Source: Candidatus Omnitrophota bacterium (GTDB taxonomy: Bacteria; Omnitrophota; Omnitrophia; Omnitrophales; JACROU01). From it: a stretch of 64,000 nt of DNA. Positions 19,874 to 31,332 of this stretch are shown piece by piece. The position numbers were made by a program, and so were the translations under genes. Each line of letters opens with the position of its first letter. Within the stretch, counting starts at the first letter, position 1. The DNA lies in NCBI GenBank assembly GCA_016214265.1, contig JACROU010000037.1, forward strand, positions 3,859 to 67,858, given 5' to 3'. The notes beneath the pieces were generated by a model, which saw only the letters and a list, made by a program, of their open reading frames with translations, was not told the DNA's origin and did no database searches.

Positions 19874-22051
19874 ATGAGTGCCATCGATAGTCTTAGCAGT
19901 TTATTTAGCGAAAGCGCAGTGTTTGAAAGAAAATTTCCAAAAAACAATTCCAAAATTGACGTCACCGAAATTTTTGGTGCGAACGTATTCAGTGATAAAG
20001 TCATGAAAGAACGGCTCCCCAAGGATACGTACAAAGCTCTCAAAAAAGTAACCGAGCAGGGAGCTCCTTTGACCCTCGAAGTGGCTAATGTCGTTGCCAA
20101 TGCGATGAAAGATTGGGCGATTGAAAAAGGAGCCACACATTACACCCATTGGTTTCAACCTCTGACCGGAAGAACCGCCGAAAAACACGATTCATTTATT
20201 TCCCCGACTTCTGACGGCGGCGTTGTGATGGAATTTTCCGGCAAACAATTGATTCAGGGTGAGCCTGACGCGTCCTCATTTCCGAGTGGCGGACTCCGAG
20301 CCACCTTTGAAGCTCGCGGCTACACAGCTTGGGATTGCACCTCACCAGCTTTCTTGAAAGAAGACGGTGGCGGCAATGTGACGCTGTGCATTCCGACCGC
20401 GTTTTGTTCTTACACGGGCGGCGCGCTCGACAAGAAAACCCCGTTGCTTCGCTCGATGGAAGCAGTGAATAAACAGTCGATCCGCGTCCTGCGCGCTCTT
20501 GGAAACAGAACTTCCTCGCGCGTGACGGCGACCGTCGGTCCCGAACAGGAATATTTTTTGATCGACAAAAAAGCTTTTGATCAGCGCATCGATTTGATTA
20601 CTTCCGGCCGCACGCTTTTCGGCGCTCCAGCTCCGAAAGGACAGGAATTGGAAGATCAATATTTTGGCGCGATCAAGGACCGCATTTCCGCATTTATGAA
20701 AGATCTCGATACCGAGCTTTGGAAAATGGGTGTCTCGGCAAAAACCAAACACAATGAAGTGGCTCCAGCTCAGTTCGAACTGGCTCCAATTTTTTCAACG
20801 ACCAATATTGCCGCTGACCACAATCAGCTCGTGATGGAAACCATGCAGAAAGTGGCGTTGCGCCATGATCTGGTATGCCTCTTGCACGAAAAACCGTTTG
20901 CGGGCGTGAACGGTTCCGGCAAACACAATAACTGGTCGCTCGCGACGGATGACGGCATCAATTTACTTGAGCCGGGAAAAACGCCGCATGACAACGAACA
21001 GTTTTTGGTGTTCCTCGCTGCGTTGATTACTGCGGTTGATAAGCATGCCGACAAATTGAGAGCGGGTGCCGCCAATCCCGGCAACGATCTGCGTTTGGGT
21101 GCCAACGAAGCCCCTCCGGCCATCATCTCCATTTTCTTGGGGGAAGAATTGACCGATATCGTCGAAAATCTTGGCAAGGGAAAGAAAGCGTCCTCCAAAG
21201 GTCAGCATTTCCTGAACATTGGCGTTGACACACTGCCGTCTCTGCCGAAGGACAACACCGACCGCAACAGAACTTCGCCATTCGCGTTCACAGGAAACAA
21301 GTTCGAATTCCGCATGGTGCCTTCATCGGCTTCTATTTCGGGACCGAACACAATTCTGAACACGATCGTGGCGGAATCTTTGGATGAAATTGCGACACGT
21401 CTTGAAAAAGCAAAAGATATCAATAAAGAAGCCGCGGCGATTATCAAAGACGCGATCATCAAGCACGGCAAAATTATTTTTAACGGGAACAATTATTCCG
21501 AAGATTGGGTCAAGGAAGCCAAAAAACGCGGTATTCCAAATATCAAATCGACGGTGGATGCTTTGGGCGCGATGAACACGCCGGAAACCGTGAAGCTTTT
21601 TGAGAAATACAAAGTTCTCACGAAGGAAGAGCTTCATTCCCGTTACGAAGTTTATTTGGAAATTTATGCCAAGCATATCAACATTGAGGCCCAGGCTTCG
21701 ATTTCGATGGCGAAAAGACAGTACATTCCAGCGGTTTCGAAGTTTGCCGGATGTCTGGCCGACACCATTGCCAAATTGAAAGCGGCGGGAGCTTCGTCAA
21801 CGGTGCAGAAAGAGCATCTGACCAAAGTAACCGGATTGCTTGCTTCGGCTGTTGAAAAGTTGGGAGAGCTTGAAGCGGCATTGAAGAAAGCTCAAGGGAT
21901 TAGTGAAGCGCATGCCAAAGCCGTGGCTTATCGCGACAAGGTGTTCGTCGCTCAGGCTGCTTTTCGTGCGGATATTGATGCCCTCGAAGCAATTACCCCG
22001 GCGGAATTCTGGCCAGTGCCGACTTACGCGGAAATGCTCTTTGGGCTGTAA
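19874..22051 (+). CDS. glnN: Glutamine synthetase type III
   Basis: 725 aa; [38 protein letters not shown] and [18 protein letters not shown]. Confidence 0.95.
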   Translation: MSAIDSLSSLFSESAVFERKFPKNNSKIDVTEIFGANVFSDKVMKERLPKDTYKALKKVTEQGAPLTLEVANVVANAMKDWAIEKGATHYTHWFQPLTGRTAEKHDSFISPTSDGGVVMEFSGKQLIQGEPDASSFPSGGLRATFEARGYTAWDCTSPAFLKEDGGGNVTLCIPTAFCSYTGGALDKKTPLLRSMEAVNKQSIRVLRALGNRTSSRVTATVGPEQEYFLIDKKAFDQRIDLITSGRTLFGAPAPKGQELEDQYFGAIKDRISAFMKDLDTELWKMGVSAKTKHNEVAPAQFELAPIFSTTNIAADHNQLVMETMQKVALRHDLVCLLHEKPFAGVNGSGKHNNWSLATDDGINLLEPGKTPHDNEQFLVFLAALITAVDKHADKLRAGAANPGNDLRLGANEAPPAIISIFLGEELTDIVENLGKGKKASSKGQHFLNIGVDTLPSLPKDNTDRNRTSPFAFTGNKFEFRMVPSSASISGPNTILNTIVAESLDEIATRLEKAKDINKEAAAIIKDAIIKHGKIIFNGNNYSEDWVKEAKKRGIPNIKSTVDALGAMNTPETVKLFEKYKVLTKEELHSRYEVYLEIYAKHINIEAQASISMAKRQYIPAVSKFAGCLADTIAKLKAAGASSTVQKEHLTKVTGLLASAVEKLGELEAALKKAQGISEAHAKAVAYRDKVFVAQAAFRADIDALEAITPAEFWPVPTYAEMLFGL

Positions 22052-22062
22052 TTGACACTTTG

Positions 22063-22134
22063 TGTCATCCCGGGCTTGACCCGGGATCCAGCGTCTTTGA
22101 ACGACACTGGATTCCCGCTTTCGCGGGAATGACA
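22063..22134. repeat. REP-like composite palindromic element (TGTCATCCC...GGAATGACA)
   Basis: Terminal inverted repeats enclose hairpins CCCGGG-CTTGA-CCCGGG and ATTCCCGC-TTTC-GCGGGAAT, linked by GGATCCAG/CTGGATT. Confidence 0.75.
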
Positions 22135-22207
22135 AACGATGTACAATTTGGCGTGGCTGCTTGATTGCGGCCACGCCATTTTTTTTGCCCACTCGCAGGA
22201 GGTTTTA

Positions 22208-22552
22208 ATGGTTTTCGTTTTCAAAGTTCTTATTTCCGGAATCATCATTGCATTTAGCTCCTGGCTCGCCGGGCGCAAACCTGTTTTGGCCGGTTTTATC
22301 GTGGCACTTCCGCTTATTTCAATATTGAGTATTCTTTTCTCCTATCTGGAATACCGTGATATGGAGAAAGTGAATCAATTCGCCGCGTCGATATTTCTGG
22401 CGGTGCCACTATCGCTTTCATTTTTTATTCCATTTTTCCTGAATCGCTGGCTAAAAATGAATTTTGCGCTAACGTTTACGTCTGCTTTGCTGTGCATCGC
22501 AGTTTTTTATTTGGCTTATAATTTCATTTCAAAATCAGGATTGATGCGTTAA
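22208..22552 (+). CDS. Small membrane protein (DUF3147-like)
   Basis: GGAGG RBS; four TMs; P.LAGFIVALPLIS pattern. Confidence 0.65.
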   Translation: MVFVFKVLISGIIIAFSSWLAGRKPVLAGFIVALPLISILSILFSYLEYRDMEKVNQFAASIFLAVPLSLSFFIPFFLNRWLKMNFALTFTSALLCIAVFYLAYNFISKSGLMR

Positions 22553-22564
22553 TAGGAGTTGACT

Positions 22565-22999
22565 ATGAAAAACAAAATTTTTTCTCTCGTGGCAGTGGTT
22601 GTTTTTTTGATGGGTTGCGCTACCACTCAGCCCAGCGGTTACAAAATTGTGGTTTGGGAAACCTCTGATGTTCATCGGCCGTATGAAGTTCTCGGCCCTG
22701 TTTCCGTGACCGTCGACGTGACCGAAAAAACCGAAGATACTGTTCAGGGGCTTGCGGGATTTATTTCCAAGGATGGCCGTGTTTCGGATCAAATGCCTCC
22801 GGATATGAGAAAAGCGCTTGAACTTAAATCGCAGAAATATAAAGAGATGATTTTTGAGAAGCTGGGCGCGAAGGCCAAAGAGTATGGTGCCAGTGCTGTG
22901 ATCGGCGCCGACTATTTATATGTTCCCGCTTACGCGTCATTCTCGACCAAAGCCACAGTCTCCGCTAAAGGGACAATGATCATTTATAAACAAAAATAA
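22565..22999 (+). CDS. Lipoprotein, YbjQ/heavy-metal-binding-like
   Basis: Lipobox LMGC; RPYEVLG and AKEYGASAVIG. Confidence 0.6.
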   Translation: MKNKIFSLVAVVVFLMGCATTQPSGYKIVVWETSDVHRPYEVLGPVSVTVDVTEKTEDTVQGLAGFISKDGRVSDQMPPDMRKALELKSQKYKEMIFEKLGAKAKEYGASAVIGADYLYVPAYASFSTKATVSAKGTMIIYKQK

Positions 23000-23012
23000 C
23001 AGGGGTGCGGCT

Positions 23013-24239
23013 GTGCCGAATTCAACTCGCGAAGTTGACGTCTGCATCGTGGGCGGCGGCCCAGCGGGGATGGTGCTGGGCCTCCTGCTCGCTCAACAGG
23101 GAATGAAGACACTTGTCCTGGAGCGTCACCGGAATTTTGATCGTGAATTTCGCGGTGAAGTGCTGATGCCCCGCTTTGTCCAGATGTTCCGCCAAATAGG
23201 CCTTTTTGATTTTCTGGAAAAATATCCTCACCTAAAACTCAACAATCTCGAGATTATTTTTAAGAATTGGCATTTGGCCAAATTTCAAATAGCCAAAATT
23301 GCGCCCGAAGCTCCGTTCGCGCTGTGGATGCCGCAGCCCATTCTCTTGGGCGCGCTTTATGACAAGGGAAAAACGCTTCCGAATTTCGATTTGTGGTTTA
23401 ACGCCTCTGCGCAGGATTTGATTGAAGAAAATGGAACCGTTACGGGTGTGCAAGTGGAGCTTAACGGCAAAATGGTGGAGGTGCGTTCCCGGATTACCGT
23501 GGGAACGGACGGGCGTGCCTCGATGGTGCGCCGTGCGGGCGGTTTTGAGACGGAGTCTGAAAGCCATAATTTCGATGTGATGTGGTTTGCGATTCCGCGT
23601 CCGGAAGGATATGAACAAACCGTTCGCGCATTTCTTTCAACCGGAATTAACTATTTGATTCTTCCGAAATATCCGGACTTGCTTCAATGCGGATTGATTG
23701 TTCCCAAAGGAGAGATGATCCGCTTCAAAGAAAAAGGCATTGAATCGCTTCGCAAAGCACTGTTTAAAGCTTATGCCATTCTTCACCCGTTTGCGGCTGA
23801 GCTTAAAGATTTTAGCCATTTCAATGTGCTGCAAGCCCGCATGAGTTTCGTGAAACGCTGGGCTAAGAATGGTTGTCTTCTGGTCGGTGATTCCGCGCAC
23901 ACGTGCTCGCCGGCCGGGGCCATCGGTGTATCCGTTGCGGTGGGTTCGGCGATTGTTGCGGCGGATGTGATTCGTAAAGCATTGAAAGCAAATGATGTTT
24001 CCGCTGAATTTCTGGATCAGGTTCAACGCATCCGCGGAATGGAAGTTCGGGAAATCCAGAAAATGCAGAAAGAGGTTACCGACGGCCTGATTTTTGCCCC
24101 GCGGGCTTATAAATGGCTGGTACCGTTCTTATTTTACCTCTTCGCTAAGACTCCGCTCCTGCGTCAGTTTCAGCGAAAACTCCTCGTGATGAAAGAACCC
24201 CTGCCGATAGATCAAAGTCTTCAAAGTCTTCATTTTTGA
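23013..24239 (+). CDS. FAD-dependent monooxygenase/oxidoreductase
   Basis: GGGPAG, DG motif (GTDGRAS) and GDSAH. Confidence 0.9.
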   Translation: MPNSTREVDVCIVGGGPAGMVLGLLLAQQGMKTLVLERHRNFDREFRGEVLMPRFVQMFRQIGLFDFLEKYPHLKLNNLEIIFKNWHLAKFQIAKIAPEAPFALWMPQPILLGALYDKGKTLPNFDLWFNASAQDLIEENGTVTGVQVELNGKMVEVRSRITVGTDGRASMVRRAGGFETESESHNFDVMWFAIPRPEGYEQTVRAFLSTGINYLILPKYPDLLQCGLIVPKGEMIRFKEKGIESLRKALFKAYAILHPFAAELKDFSHFNVLQARMSFVKRWAKNGCLLVGDSAHTCSPAGAIGVSVAVGSAIVAADVIRKALKANDVSAEFLDQVQRIRGMEVREIQKMQKEVTDGLIFAPRAYKWLVPFLFYLFAKTPLLRQFQRKLLVMKEPLPIDQSLQSLHF

Positions 24240-24264
24240 CAAATCCGCCAAGGAATGTTATGTT
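24236..24264 (+). promoter_or_regulatory. Sigma70 promoter for typA
   Basis: TTGACA, 17-nt spacer, extended -10 TG-T-TATGTT, 8 nt upstream of ATG 24273. Confidence 0.6.
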
Positions 24265-24272
24265 TGTCGGCT

Positions 24273-26096
24273 ATGACACAGCCAATTAAGATCCGTAATA
24301 TCGCTATCATCGCCCACGTTGACCACGGAAAGACCACGCTGGTCGACGCCATTCTGCGCCAGACGCACGTCCACAGGAACGTTGCGGAGATGGGTGAGCG
24401 TATTATGGACTCGATGGATTTGGAACGTGAACGCGGCATTACGATTCGTGCGAAGAACGCTAGCGTCACCTACAAAGGGACGAAGATTAATATTGTCGAC
24501 ACGCCCGGCCACGCGGATTTTGGCGGCGAGGTCGAACGCACGCTCCGGATGGTGGACGGGGTGCTCCTCGTGGTGGATGCCAAAGATGGGCCAATGCCGC
24601 AAACCCGATTCGTGCTTCGGAAAGCGCTGGAGTTGGGTCACAAAGCCATCGTCGTCATCAACAAAATTGATCGCCCCGACGCGCAGACCGAAGACGTCGT
24701 CAACCGCACATTCGATCTTTTTGTGGAGCTGGGCGCCCACGATGATCAGCTCGACTTCCCAATTATTTACGCTTCAGCAATCAATGGAACAGCCACGCTT
24801 GATTTGCACAAGCCTTCTGACATTATCGATCCCCTTCTGGACACGATTCTTGAAAAAATTCCGTCTCCCAAAGTTGATCCTGATGCGCCTCTTCAAATTT
24901 TAGTGCTCGCGCTTTTAGCGGATTTTTACAAAGGCCGCATGGGCATCGGAAAAATCACGGCTGGTTTGCTTAAAAAGGGCGACAACTGCGCGCTCGTGAA
25001 ACGGGATGGCAAGCAAGTCGTCGCCAAAATCATGAGCATTCTGGTTTATGAAGGTCTGGAGCGCACCGAAGTAGATGAGGCCGTTGCCGGGGATATCGTC
25101 GCGATTGCTGGATTTGCCGATATCGGTATCGGAGACACCATCACTGATGCTGGAAATCCGCGTCCGCTTCCGCCGCCTCAAATTGATGAGCCGACAGTGC
25201 AGATGACCTTCGGCACCAACACCAGCCCTTTCGTCGGCAAGGAAGGAAAATTTATTACTAGCCGCGTTTTGCGTGACCGGTTGTTCAAAGAATTGGAAAC
25301 CAATGTTTCGCTCCGCGTCAAGGAAACAGACAGTCCCGACACGTTTCTTGTGGCCGGCCGCGGTGAGCTTCACCTGGCCATTTTGATTGAGCAAATGCGC
25401 CGCGAGGGTTTTGAACTGCAAGTGTCGAAACCCGAAGTGATTTTTCACGATCGGGACGGAGTAAAATCCGAACCATTTGAATTTCTGGTGGTCGATGTGC
25501 CCGCGGAATATCAGGGTGCCGTGATTGAAGAAATTGGACGTCGAAAAGGTTTGCTCAAACACATGGTGCAAACCCCCACCTGTGAGCTGCATCTGGAATA
25601 TCAGATTTCAACACGGGGTGTGATCGGCTTGAAGGGCGCGCTGATGACCAAAACGCGCGGCACAGCGATTATCCACCACGTTTTCGATGAATACAAACCT
25701 GTTGAAGATCTGGCGTTTATCAACGAATCGCACGGTTCGCTGATTTCCGCGGAGATGGGAACCTCGAATCCCTACGGCCTGAACAACGCGCAGGAACGCG
25801 GCGAATTGTTTATTGGATCGGGCGTTGAAGTATATCAAGGCATGATTATCGGAGAAAATTCCCGTCCCGAAGATCTAGAATTAAGTCCCTGCAAAACCAA
25901 GAAGTTGTCCAACATGCGTTCCACCGGATCTGACGATGCGATTATGCTGGCCCCTCCGCGTGAGCTGACGCTGGAGCTGGCGATTGAATATATCGGCACC
26001 GACGAGCTGGTGGAAGTCACTCCCAAAAATATCCGCATGCGCAAAAAACTTCTTGATCCTACTTTGCGTAAGCGCGCCAAAAAACAGACTGCTTAA
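24273..26096 (+). CDS. typA: Translational GTPase TypA/BipA
   Basis: [38 protein letters not shown] and EVTPKNIR. Confidence 0.97.
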   Translation: MTQPIKIRNIAIIAHVDHGKTTLVDAILRQTHVHRNVAEMGERIMDSMDLERERGITIRAKNASVTYKGTKINIVDTPGHADFGGEVERTLRMVDGVLLVVDAKDGPMPQTRFVLRKALELGHKAIVVINKIDRPDAQTEDVVNRTFDLFVELGAHDDQLDFPIIYASAINGTATLDLHKPSDIIDPLLDTILEKIPSPKVDPDAPLQILVLALLADFYKGRMGIGKITAGLLKKGDNCALVKRDGKQVVAKIMSILVYEGLERTEVDEAVAGDIVAIAGFADIGIGDTITDAGNPRPLPPPQIDEPTVQMTFGTNTSPFVGKEGKFITSRVLRDRLFKELETNVSLRVKETDSPDTFLVAGRGELHLAILIEQMRREGFELQVSKPEVIFHDRDGVKSEPFEFLVVDVPAEYQGAVIEEIGRRKGLLKHMVQTPTCELHLEYQISTRGVIGLKGALMTKTRGTAIIHHVFDEYKPVEDLAFINESHGSLISAEMGTSNPYGLNNAQERGELFIGSGVEVYQGMIIGENSRPEDLELSPCKTKKLSNMRSTGSDDAIMLAPPRELTLELAIEYIGTDELVEVTPKNIRMRKKLLDPTLRKRAKKQTA

Positions 26097-26219
26097 CTGC
26101 CCAGATTCTTTCCTTCAATATAAAAATTTTTTGCACCTGCAAAATTTTTTTAATTTTTCTTCCCGCTAAGCCCCCGTTTTTGTCATTCTGGTGATAGCCT
26201 TAAATTGGGGGTGTAGACC

Positions 26220-27002
26220 ATGAATTGGAAGCGTCACAAACCCAATTCTTTTCCGGAGCCGCCGCCGTGGGAAACGGGAGTCGAGAAAAAGCAGCTGGAA
26301 CTGTTCGCAGATGTTGCTTCTCATGATTTGCGGGAGCCATTAGAAAAAATTATTTTTTTTGGAGATTTTATCAAGCAGCGTTATGGCGCGGGAATGGATG
26401 AAAAGGGGAGGGACTATCTGGAACGAATGATAGGTTCTGCGATGCGCATGAGCCGGTTAATCGAGGATATTCTTGAGTTCTCGCGCCTGACGTCTCGAAC
26501 CTTCGAGATGAAACCGGTTGATTTGATGGGTATCGTGCGTGAAGTTATTTCTGATTTGGAGGTCCGTATTCAGGAGTCGAATGCGTTGATAGAGGTGGGG
26601 AAGCTCCCGGCTATAACTGCCGACAGCAAGCAAATTTATCATCTTTTTCTTAACTTAATTTCAAACGCAATAAAATTCCGAAAAAAAGAGGAATCACCCC
26701 GCATTATTGTGCGCTCACTCGAGGAGGAAGAAGCAGGGCATGTTACTATTGTGGTAGAGGATAACGGGATTGGCTTTGAACAGCAATTTGCAGATCAGAT
26801 TTTTAAACCCTTCGAACGACTGCATTCCCAATCGGACTATGAAGGAAGCGGCCTTGGATTATCCATTTGTCAGCGTATTGTCATGGCGCATGGCGGTTGT
26901 ATCAATGCAAGGGGTGTTGCGGGGAAAGGTTCTATGTTTATTATAACGCTTCCCAAAGTAGAAAAGGAGGCCGGCCGTGGAGAAAAAAGTTTTGATTGTT
27001 GA
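26220..27002 (+). CDS. Histidine kinase (HisKA + HATPase) with almost no sensor region
   Basis: ASHDLREPL, NLISNAIKF, DNGIG and GSGLGL. Confidence 0.9.
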   Translation: MNWKRHKPNSFPEPPPWETGVEKKQLELFADVASHDLREPLEKIIFFGDFIKQRYGAGMDEKGRDYLERMIGSAMRMSRLIEDILEFSRLTSRTFEMKPVDLMGIVREVISDLEVRIQESNALIEVGKLPAITADSKQIYHLFLNLISNAIKFRKKEESPRIIVRSLEEEEAGHVTIVVEDNGIGFEQQFADQIFKPFERLHSQSDYEGSGLGLSICQRIVMAHGGCINARGVAGKGSMFIITLPKVEKEAGRGEKSFDC

Positions 27003-27357
27003 TGATGATCGGGAAATGTGCACAGTTCTGGGAGATATTTTAGAGTGCCATCATTATCAGGTTAATGTGGCGTATGACGGACTTCAGGCGATTAAAAAAA
27101 CTCACGAACAGAAGTTCGATCTGATTTTGCTGGATGTCTGCATGCCCATTTTTTCCGGATTCTGGTTTTGTTCCGCGTTCAAAAATAAACCAGATACGAA
27201 AAACGTTCCCATTGTTATTATGTCCGGACTTCCCACCGAGAAAAATGAAGAGCAAGCCGCGAATTTAGGTGCCATTGCTTACCTGAAAAAACCGTTTAAA
27301 ATCGAGCTGCTTCTAAAAGTTTTGGCAAAAGCACTGAACGAAAATGCCGAAAATTAG
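26977..27357 (+). CDS. Single-domain response regulator
   Basis: LIVDDD, DLILLD and KPF. Confidence 0.92.
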   Translation: MEKKVLIVDDDREMCTVLGDILECHHYQVNVAYDGLQAIKKTHEQKFDLILLDVCMPIFSGFWFCSAFKNKPDTKNVPIVIMSGLPTEKNEEQAANLGAIAYLKKPFKIELLLKVLAKALNENAEN

Positions 27358-27697
27358 AAGTATGCATTCCACCTACAAACGCATGCTTAAAGTTATGGAG
27401 GCCAAAGAGAAGAAGTCCAAGCGTATCAAGCGCGAAGACTGGTATTTATACCTTCTTGAGTGCTGTGACGGTTCGTTTTACACAGGCATCACCAATAATC
27501 TGGAACGCCGTTTTAAAATGCACAATGACGGCAAGGCCTCGCGATTTACGCGATCCCGCCGGCCCGTTAAAATGTTATATCAAGAAAAATTAAAAAGCCG
27601 CACGCAGGCGTTGGTCCGCGAGTGTGCTGTCAAGGCACTGCCACGGAAGAAAAAAGAGGAATTGATCGGCTTATGCCAAAAAAATTCCGGCCTGTGA
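27344..27697 (+). CDS. GIY-YIG nuclease (UPF0213/YhbQ-like)
   Basis: WYLYLLEC.DGSFYTGITNNLERR..H; RRPV; A..RE. Confidence 0.88.
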   Translation: MPKIRSMHSTYKRMLKVMEAKEKKSKRIKREDWYLYLLECCDGSFYTGITNNLERRFKMHNDGKASRFTRSRRPVKMLYQEKLKSRTQALVRECAVKALPRKKKEELIGLCQKNSGL

Positions 27698-28119
27698 TTT
27701 ATCTAGCTTAGAAGGCTTGCCAGGCTAAAGTTCCGCGGTTCGCCCGTTTCGTTTTGGGTGCGGATACGGTTGTGGTTTTCAAAGAGCATATTTTGGGAAA
27801 ACCAAAAAATAAAAAAGATGCCGTTCGTATGCTCACAATATTGTCTGGAAGAACGCATTCGGTGTTTACCGGAGTTTCGATTCTGGACCGCAAACATCAC
27901 AGCCTTATCACCGGATATGCGCGTACGGACGTGTTTTTTAAAAAGCTGAGCGCCAAAGCAATTCTTGATTACATTGAAAAGGTGCATGTGCTAGACAAGG
28001 CCGGCGCGTACGCGATTCAAGAGGGCCCAAAAATTGCAGCCAATATCAAAGGCTCCTACTCGAATGTGGTTGGACTGCCAACAGAGCTTCTTCGGAGTAT
28101 GTTGAAGGAAATCTCATGA
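27673..28119 (+). pseudogene. maf: Maf/YhdE nucleotide pyrophosphatase with internal deletion and in-frame TAG
   Basis: Reads MPKKFRPVIYLA*KACQAKV...VLGADTVV...GKP...SGRTHSV...DKAGAYAIQ...NVVGLP; the SxSPRR segment is missing. Confidence 0.75.
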
Positions 28120-29618
28120 AACGAAATTTTAATTTTCTCAAAAATAAAAAATTTGATGTGCTCGTGATTGGCGGCGGAATCAACGGTGCCGCGATTGCGA
28201 ATATTGCGGCCGCGCATGGTCAGTCCGTCTGCCTCGTCGAAAAGCGCGATTTTGCGAGCGGGACCTCCAGCAAGTCATCGAAACTGATTCACGGAGGTAT
28301 CCGATACCTGGAAAATTTTGAATTCAAGCTCGTGCACGAGGCGCTTGTTGAGCGCGCAATTCATCTGACAGAAGTTCCATATCTGGTAAAGCCGATTTCT
28401 TTTTTGATTCCGGTTTACAAAGGCGACCGGCGACCACTCTGGATGATGCGGCTTGGCGTTTTTTTGTACGATATTCTGGCTGGCCGGCACAACATTGCCC
28501 GGCATCAGGCATTCAGCGCCAAACAATTATTGAAGCTGGAGCCGGCGCTAAAACCAGATGGACTTACCGGCGGGGTGATGTATTTCGACGCCCAAATGGA
28601 TGACGCGCGGCTCTGCCTCGAAAATGTTCTGGCCGCAAAATCCCGGGGTGCGGAAACACTGAATTATGTGGAAACGGTTTCATTCCTGAAAGAAAATGGC
28701 CGCGTGGTCGGCGTGACCGCGCGCGATGTGCTGAATCCGGATCAAAAAACTTTCGAGGTGAGAGCCCGAAAAACAATTGTGGCGGTGGGGCCGTGGACCA
28801 ATATTCTTCTGAAAATGGACAACCCCGAAGCACCAGAGCTGGTGAGGACAACGAAAGGCATCCACATCGTTTATCCCAAACGGATTTCAAGTCACGCCCT
28901 CTTGATTCCGTCTGCGCGTGATAATCGGATCTTTTTTGTGATCCCGTGGGAACATGACAATACGTTGATTGGAACAACGGATACTGATTTCCGCGGCAAT
29001 CCCGATGATGTTGAGGCGAATGCGGAGGATATCCAGTACTTGATTGAGGAAACGAAACGGGTGTTCCCGTCCGTGTTGATCGATCAAAATGAAATCGTGA
29101 CGTTTGCTGGTCTCCGGCCTTTGGTGCAGTCGCCTGCCGGTTCGCCTTCAAAAATTTCGCGCGAACATTCTATTTTCGCCACCGCCTCCGGAATTATTTT
29201 CGTCACCGGTGGAAAATATACGACGTACCGCATTATTGCGCGCGAAGCGTTGTCAAGGTTCATCCCGCTGAAGAAGGATGAGCGGTATCCGCTGTACGGA
29301 AGCGGCGAAATTCACGAGACTGTGGAACAAGTCGCTCGGGAATTTGGCGTGGAGCGTGTGGTGACTCAATTGCTTATGGAGAAATACGGCGCACGCTACC
29401 GGGATATTCTAAAACTCACAATAGAAAATCCGGAGCTTAAGGAACGCATTTGTCCGCATATGCCGGTCATCAAAGCGCAAATTGCCTACGCGATTCAAAC
29501 GGAAATGGCGCAATGTGCGGAAGACATTATCATGCGCCGTCTTTCGCTTGGCTACAATGCGTGTGTGATGAAAGAATGTCAAAAGGCAATTCAACAGGCG
29601 GTTTCCCAATTTTTATGA
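28116..29618 (+). CDS. glpD: FAD-dependent glycerol-3-phosphate dehydrogenase
   Basis: GGGING, DFASGTSSKSSKLIHGGIRYLE, DDARL and GGKYTTYR. Confidence 0.93.
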   Translation: MKRNFNFLKNKKFDVLVIGGGINGAAIANIAAAHGQSVCLVEKRDFASGTSSKSSKLIHGGIRYLENFEFKLVHEALVERAIHLTEVPYLVKPISFLIPVYKGDRRPLWMMRLGVFLYDILAGRHNIARHQAFSAKQLLKLEPALKPDGLTGGVMYFDAQMDDARLCLENVLAAKSRGAETLNYVETVSFLKENGRVVGVTARDVLNPDQKTFEVRARKTIVAVGPWTNILLKMDNPEAPELVRTTKGIHIVYPKRISSHALLIPSARDNRIFFVIPWEHDNTLIGTTDTDFRGNPDDVEANAEDIQYLIEETKRVFPSVLIDQNEIVTFAGLRPLVQSPAGSPSKISREHSIFATASGIIFVTGGKYTTYRIIAREALSRFIPLKKDERYPLYGSGEIHETVEQVAREFGVERVVTQLLMEKYGARYRDILKLTIENPELKERICPHMPVIKAQIAYAIQTEMAQCAEDIIMRRLSLGYNACVMKECQKAIQQAVSQFL

Positions 29619-30106
29619 ACATGGCCAGTTCCGTTCCATATCTCGGTAAACATCATGCGCTTAATCTGGTTTTTGGCCGCGCTGGTGTGATCGAAGCGCG
29701 CGAAGACGAAATTGTGGTGCCCGTGCCTTTTCCGGAGCAGGGCTATGATCACTCAAAATACATTGATACGCGGTTGAATCAATGGGGCCGGATGAAGGCG
29801 ATCGAGATTTTGAAAGACCGGATTTCTTTTTACGAGGCCGTGATGGGCGTTCAATCGTCCCAGCTTCGGATTAAGTCCGTGAAGACATTGTGGGGAAGTT
29901 GCAACTCGAAAGGCCGGGTGATGTTTAACTGGCGGCTCGTGATGGCGCCGATTCCCGTGATCGATTATGTTGTTGTGCACGAGCTGGCGCATCTGATTCA
30001 TCGTAATCATTCCGAAAAATTCTGGAAAACCGTGGAGTCCGTGATTCCCGATTACAAACAGCGCAGAAAATGGCTTCGTCTGAATGAAAAGTCGATGACA
30101 TGGTAG
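29615..30106 (+). CDS. YgjP/DUF45 (M48/SprT-like) metal-dependent hydrolase
   Basis: WGSC and DYVVVHELAHL..NHS..FW. Confidence 0.88.
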   Translation: MNMASSVPYLGKHHALNLVFGRAGVIEAREDEIVVPVPFPEQGYDHSKYIDTRLNQWGRMKAIEILKDRISFYEAVMGVQSSQLRIKSVKTLWGSCNSKGRVMFNWRLVMAPIPVIDYVVVHELAHLIHRNHSEKFWKTVESVIPDYKQRRKWLRLNEKSMTW

Positions 30107-31332
30107 TCGAAACAGTTTGGGATTGTGTGATTGTGGGCGCGGGCGCGGCGGGGCTTATGACCGCGATTACGGCCGCGCGGGGCGGGGCGAAAGTCCTCGT
30201 TCTCGACGGCAAAGAAAAAATTGGCGCGAAAATTTTAATGTCGGGCGGCACGCGCTGCAATGTGACGAACCGGTTGGTGAGCGAAAAAGATTATGAGGGT
30301 GAAAACAAACACGCCATTCGTAATGTGCTTCGTGCTTTTCCGTCCGACCAGGCGGTTGAATTTTTTAGGGAACTTGGCGTTCGTCTTGAACTGGAACCGG
30401 GCGGAAAATATTTTCCGGCCACACATTCGGCTAAAACGGTTCTGCATGCCCTCACGAAAGAAATCGATCGCCTTGGCGTCACGCTTTATCCGCATCACAA
30501 AGTGAATTGCGTTGCCTTTGACGGAGCGTGTTTTCATATTTCGGGAAAAAATTTTCTTTGTGCGGCAAAAACGCTGGTTCTTACGACTGGGGGATTGTCG
30601 CATCCGACGACCGGAAGCGACGGCTCGGGCTATCAGCTGGCGCATTCTCTAGGGCATGATTTGATCCGGACGACGCCGGCTTTGACGCCGCTTGTGACTA
30701 CGGATGCCGGCTGGAAACAACTTGCGGGGATCACGCTTGAGAATGTCCGGCTGACACTTTGGGTGAATCAAAAAAAGGGTATTTCATTCGCGGGCGGGTT
30801 TTTGTTCACCCATTTTGGATTCAGCGGTCCAGCGGCGCTGAATATCAGCCGGCACTGGATTCATTGGAAAAATCAGGGTGCGGATGTGACGCTTGCCGTG
30901 AACTTTTTGCCAGACCAAACAGAAGAATCTATTCGTAAATACATTACCGGTTCCAAAAAGACCGCTAAAAATTTCTTGTCGGATTTATTCCCGGACCGTT
31001 TGGCCGCTATGCTGGTGAAAAAAAATAAAATTTCAGAGTCCGAAACGTTGAGTCAATTAAAGCGCGAGGAACGCGAACTGCTTATTCGTTCTCTGTTTCA
31101 TTTTCCGCTGGTGGTGGCGCGGCTTTACGGCTACGAGAAGGCGGAAGCGACCGCCGGCGGGGTGGATTTAAGCGAAGTGGATACCCGGACGATGGAATCG
31201 AGAATTCAGCCGAGGCTTTTTTTTGCAGGAGAAATTTTGGATGCCGATGGCGTGATCGGAGGGTTTAATTTTCAATGGGCGTGGGCCAGCGGCTATCTGG
31301 CCGGTCGCGCTGTGGCGGAAAAGAAACAATGA
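30100..31332 (+). CDS. HI0933/YhiN (BaiN-like) flavoprotein
   Basis: GAGAAG, KILMSGGTRCNVTN, FTHFGFSGP and GGFNFQWAWASG. Confidence 0.93.
   Translation: MVVETVWDCVIVGAGAAGLMTAITAARGGAKVLVLDGKEKIGAKILMSGGTRCNVTNRLVSEKDYEGENKHAIRNVLRAFPSDQAVEFFRELGVRLELEPGGKYFPATHSAKTVLHALTKEIDRLGVTLYPHHKVNCVAFDGACFHISGKNFLCAAKTLVLTTGGLSHPTTGSDGSGYQLAHSLGHDLIRTTPALTPLVTTDAGWKQLAGITLENVRLTLWVNQKKGISFAGGFLFTHFGFSGPAALNISRHWIHWKNQGADVTLAVNFLPDQTEESIRKYITGSKKTAKNFLSDLFPDRLAAMLVKKNKISESETLSQLKREERELLIRSLFHFPLVVARLYGYEKAEATAGGVDLSEVDTRTMESRIQPRLFFAGEILDADGVIGGFNFQWAWASGYLAGRAVAEKKQ

Noticed and set aside
27344-27697. GIY-YIG nuclease as mobiliser of the palindromic repeats
   Set aside because: It looks like the housekeeping UPF0213 type and is not flanked by the repeats.
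10267-27711. Genetic-code reassignment or Sec/Pyl readthrough explaining the in-frame TAA (10267) and TAG (27709)
   Set aside because: TAA, TAG and TGA all end many intact genes here. TAA is not a Sec/Pyl codon, and the maf TAG coincides with a deletion.
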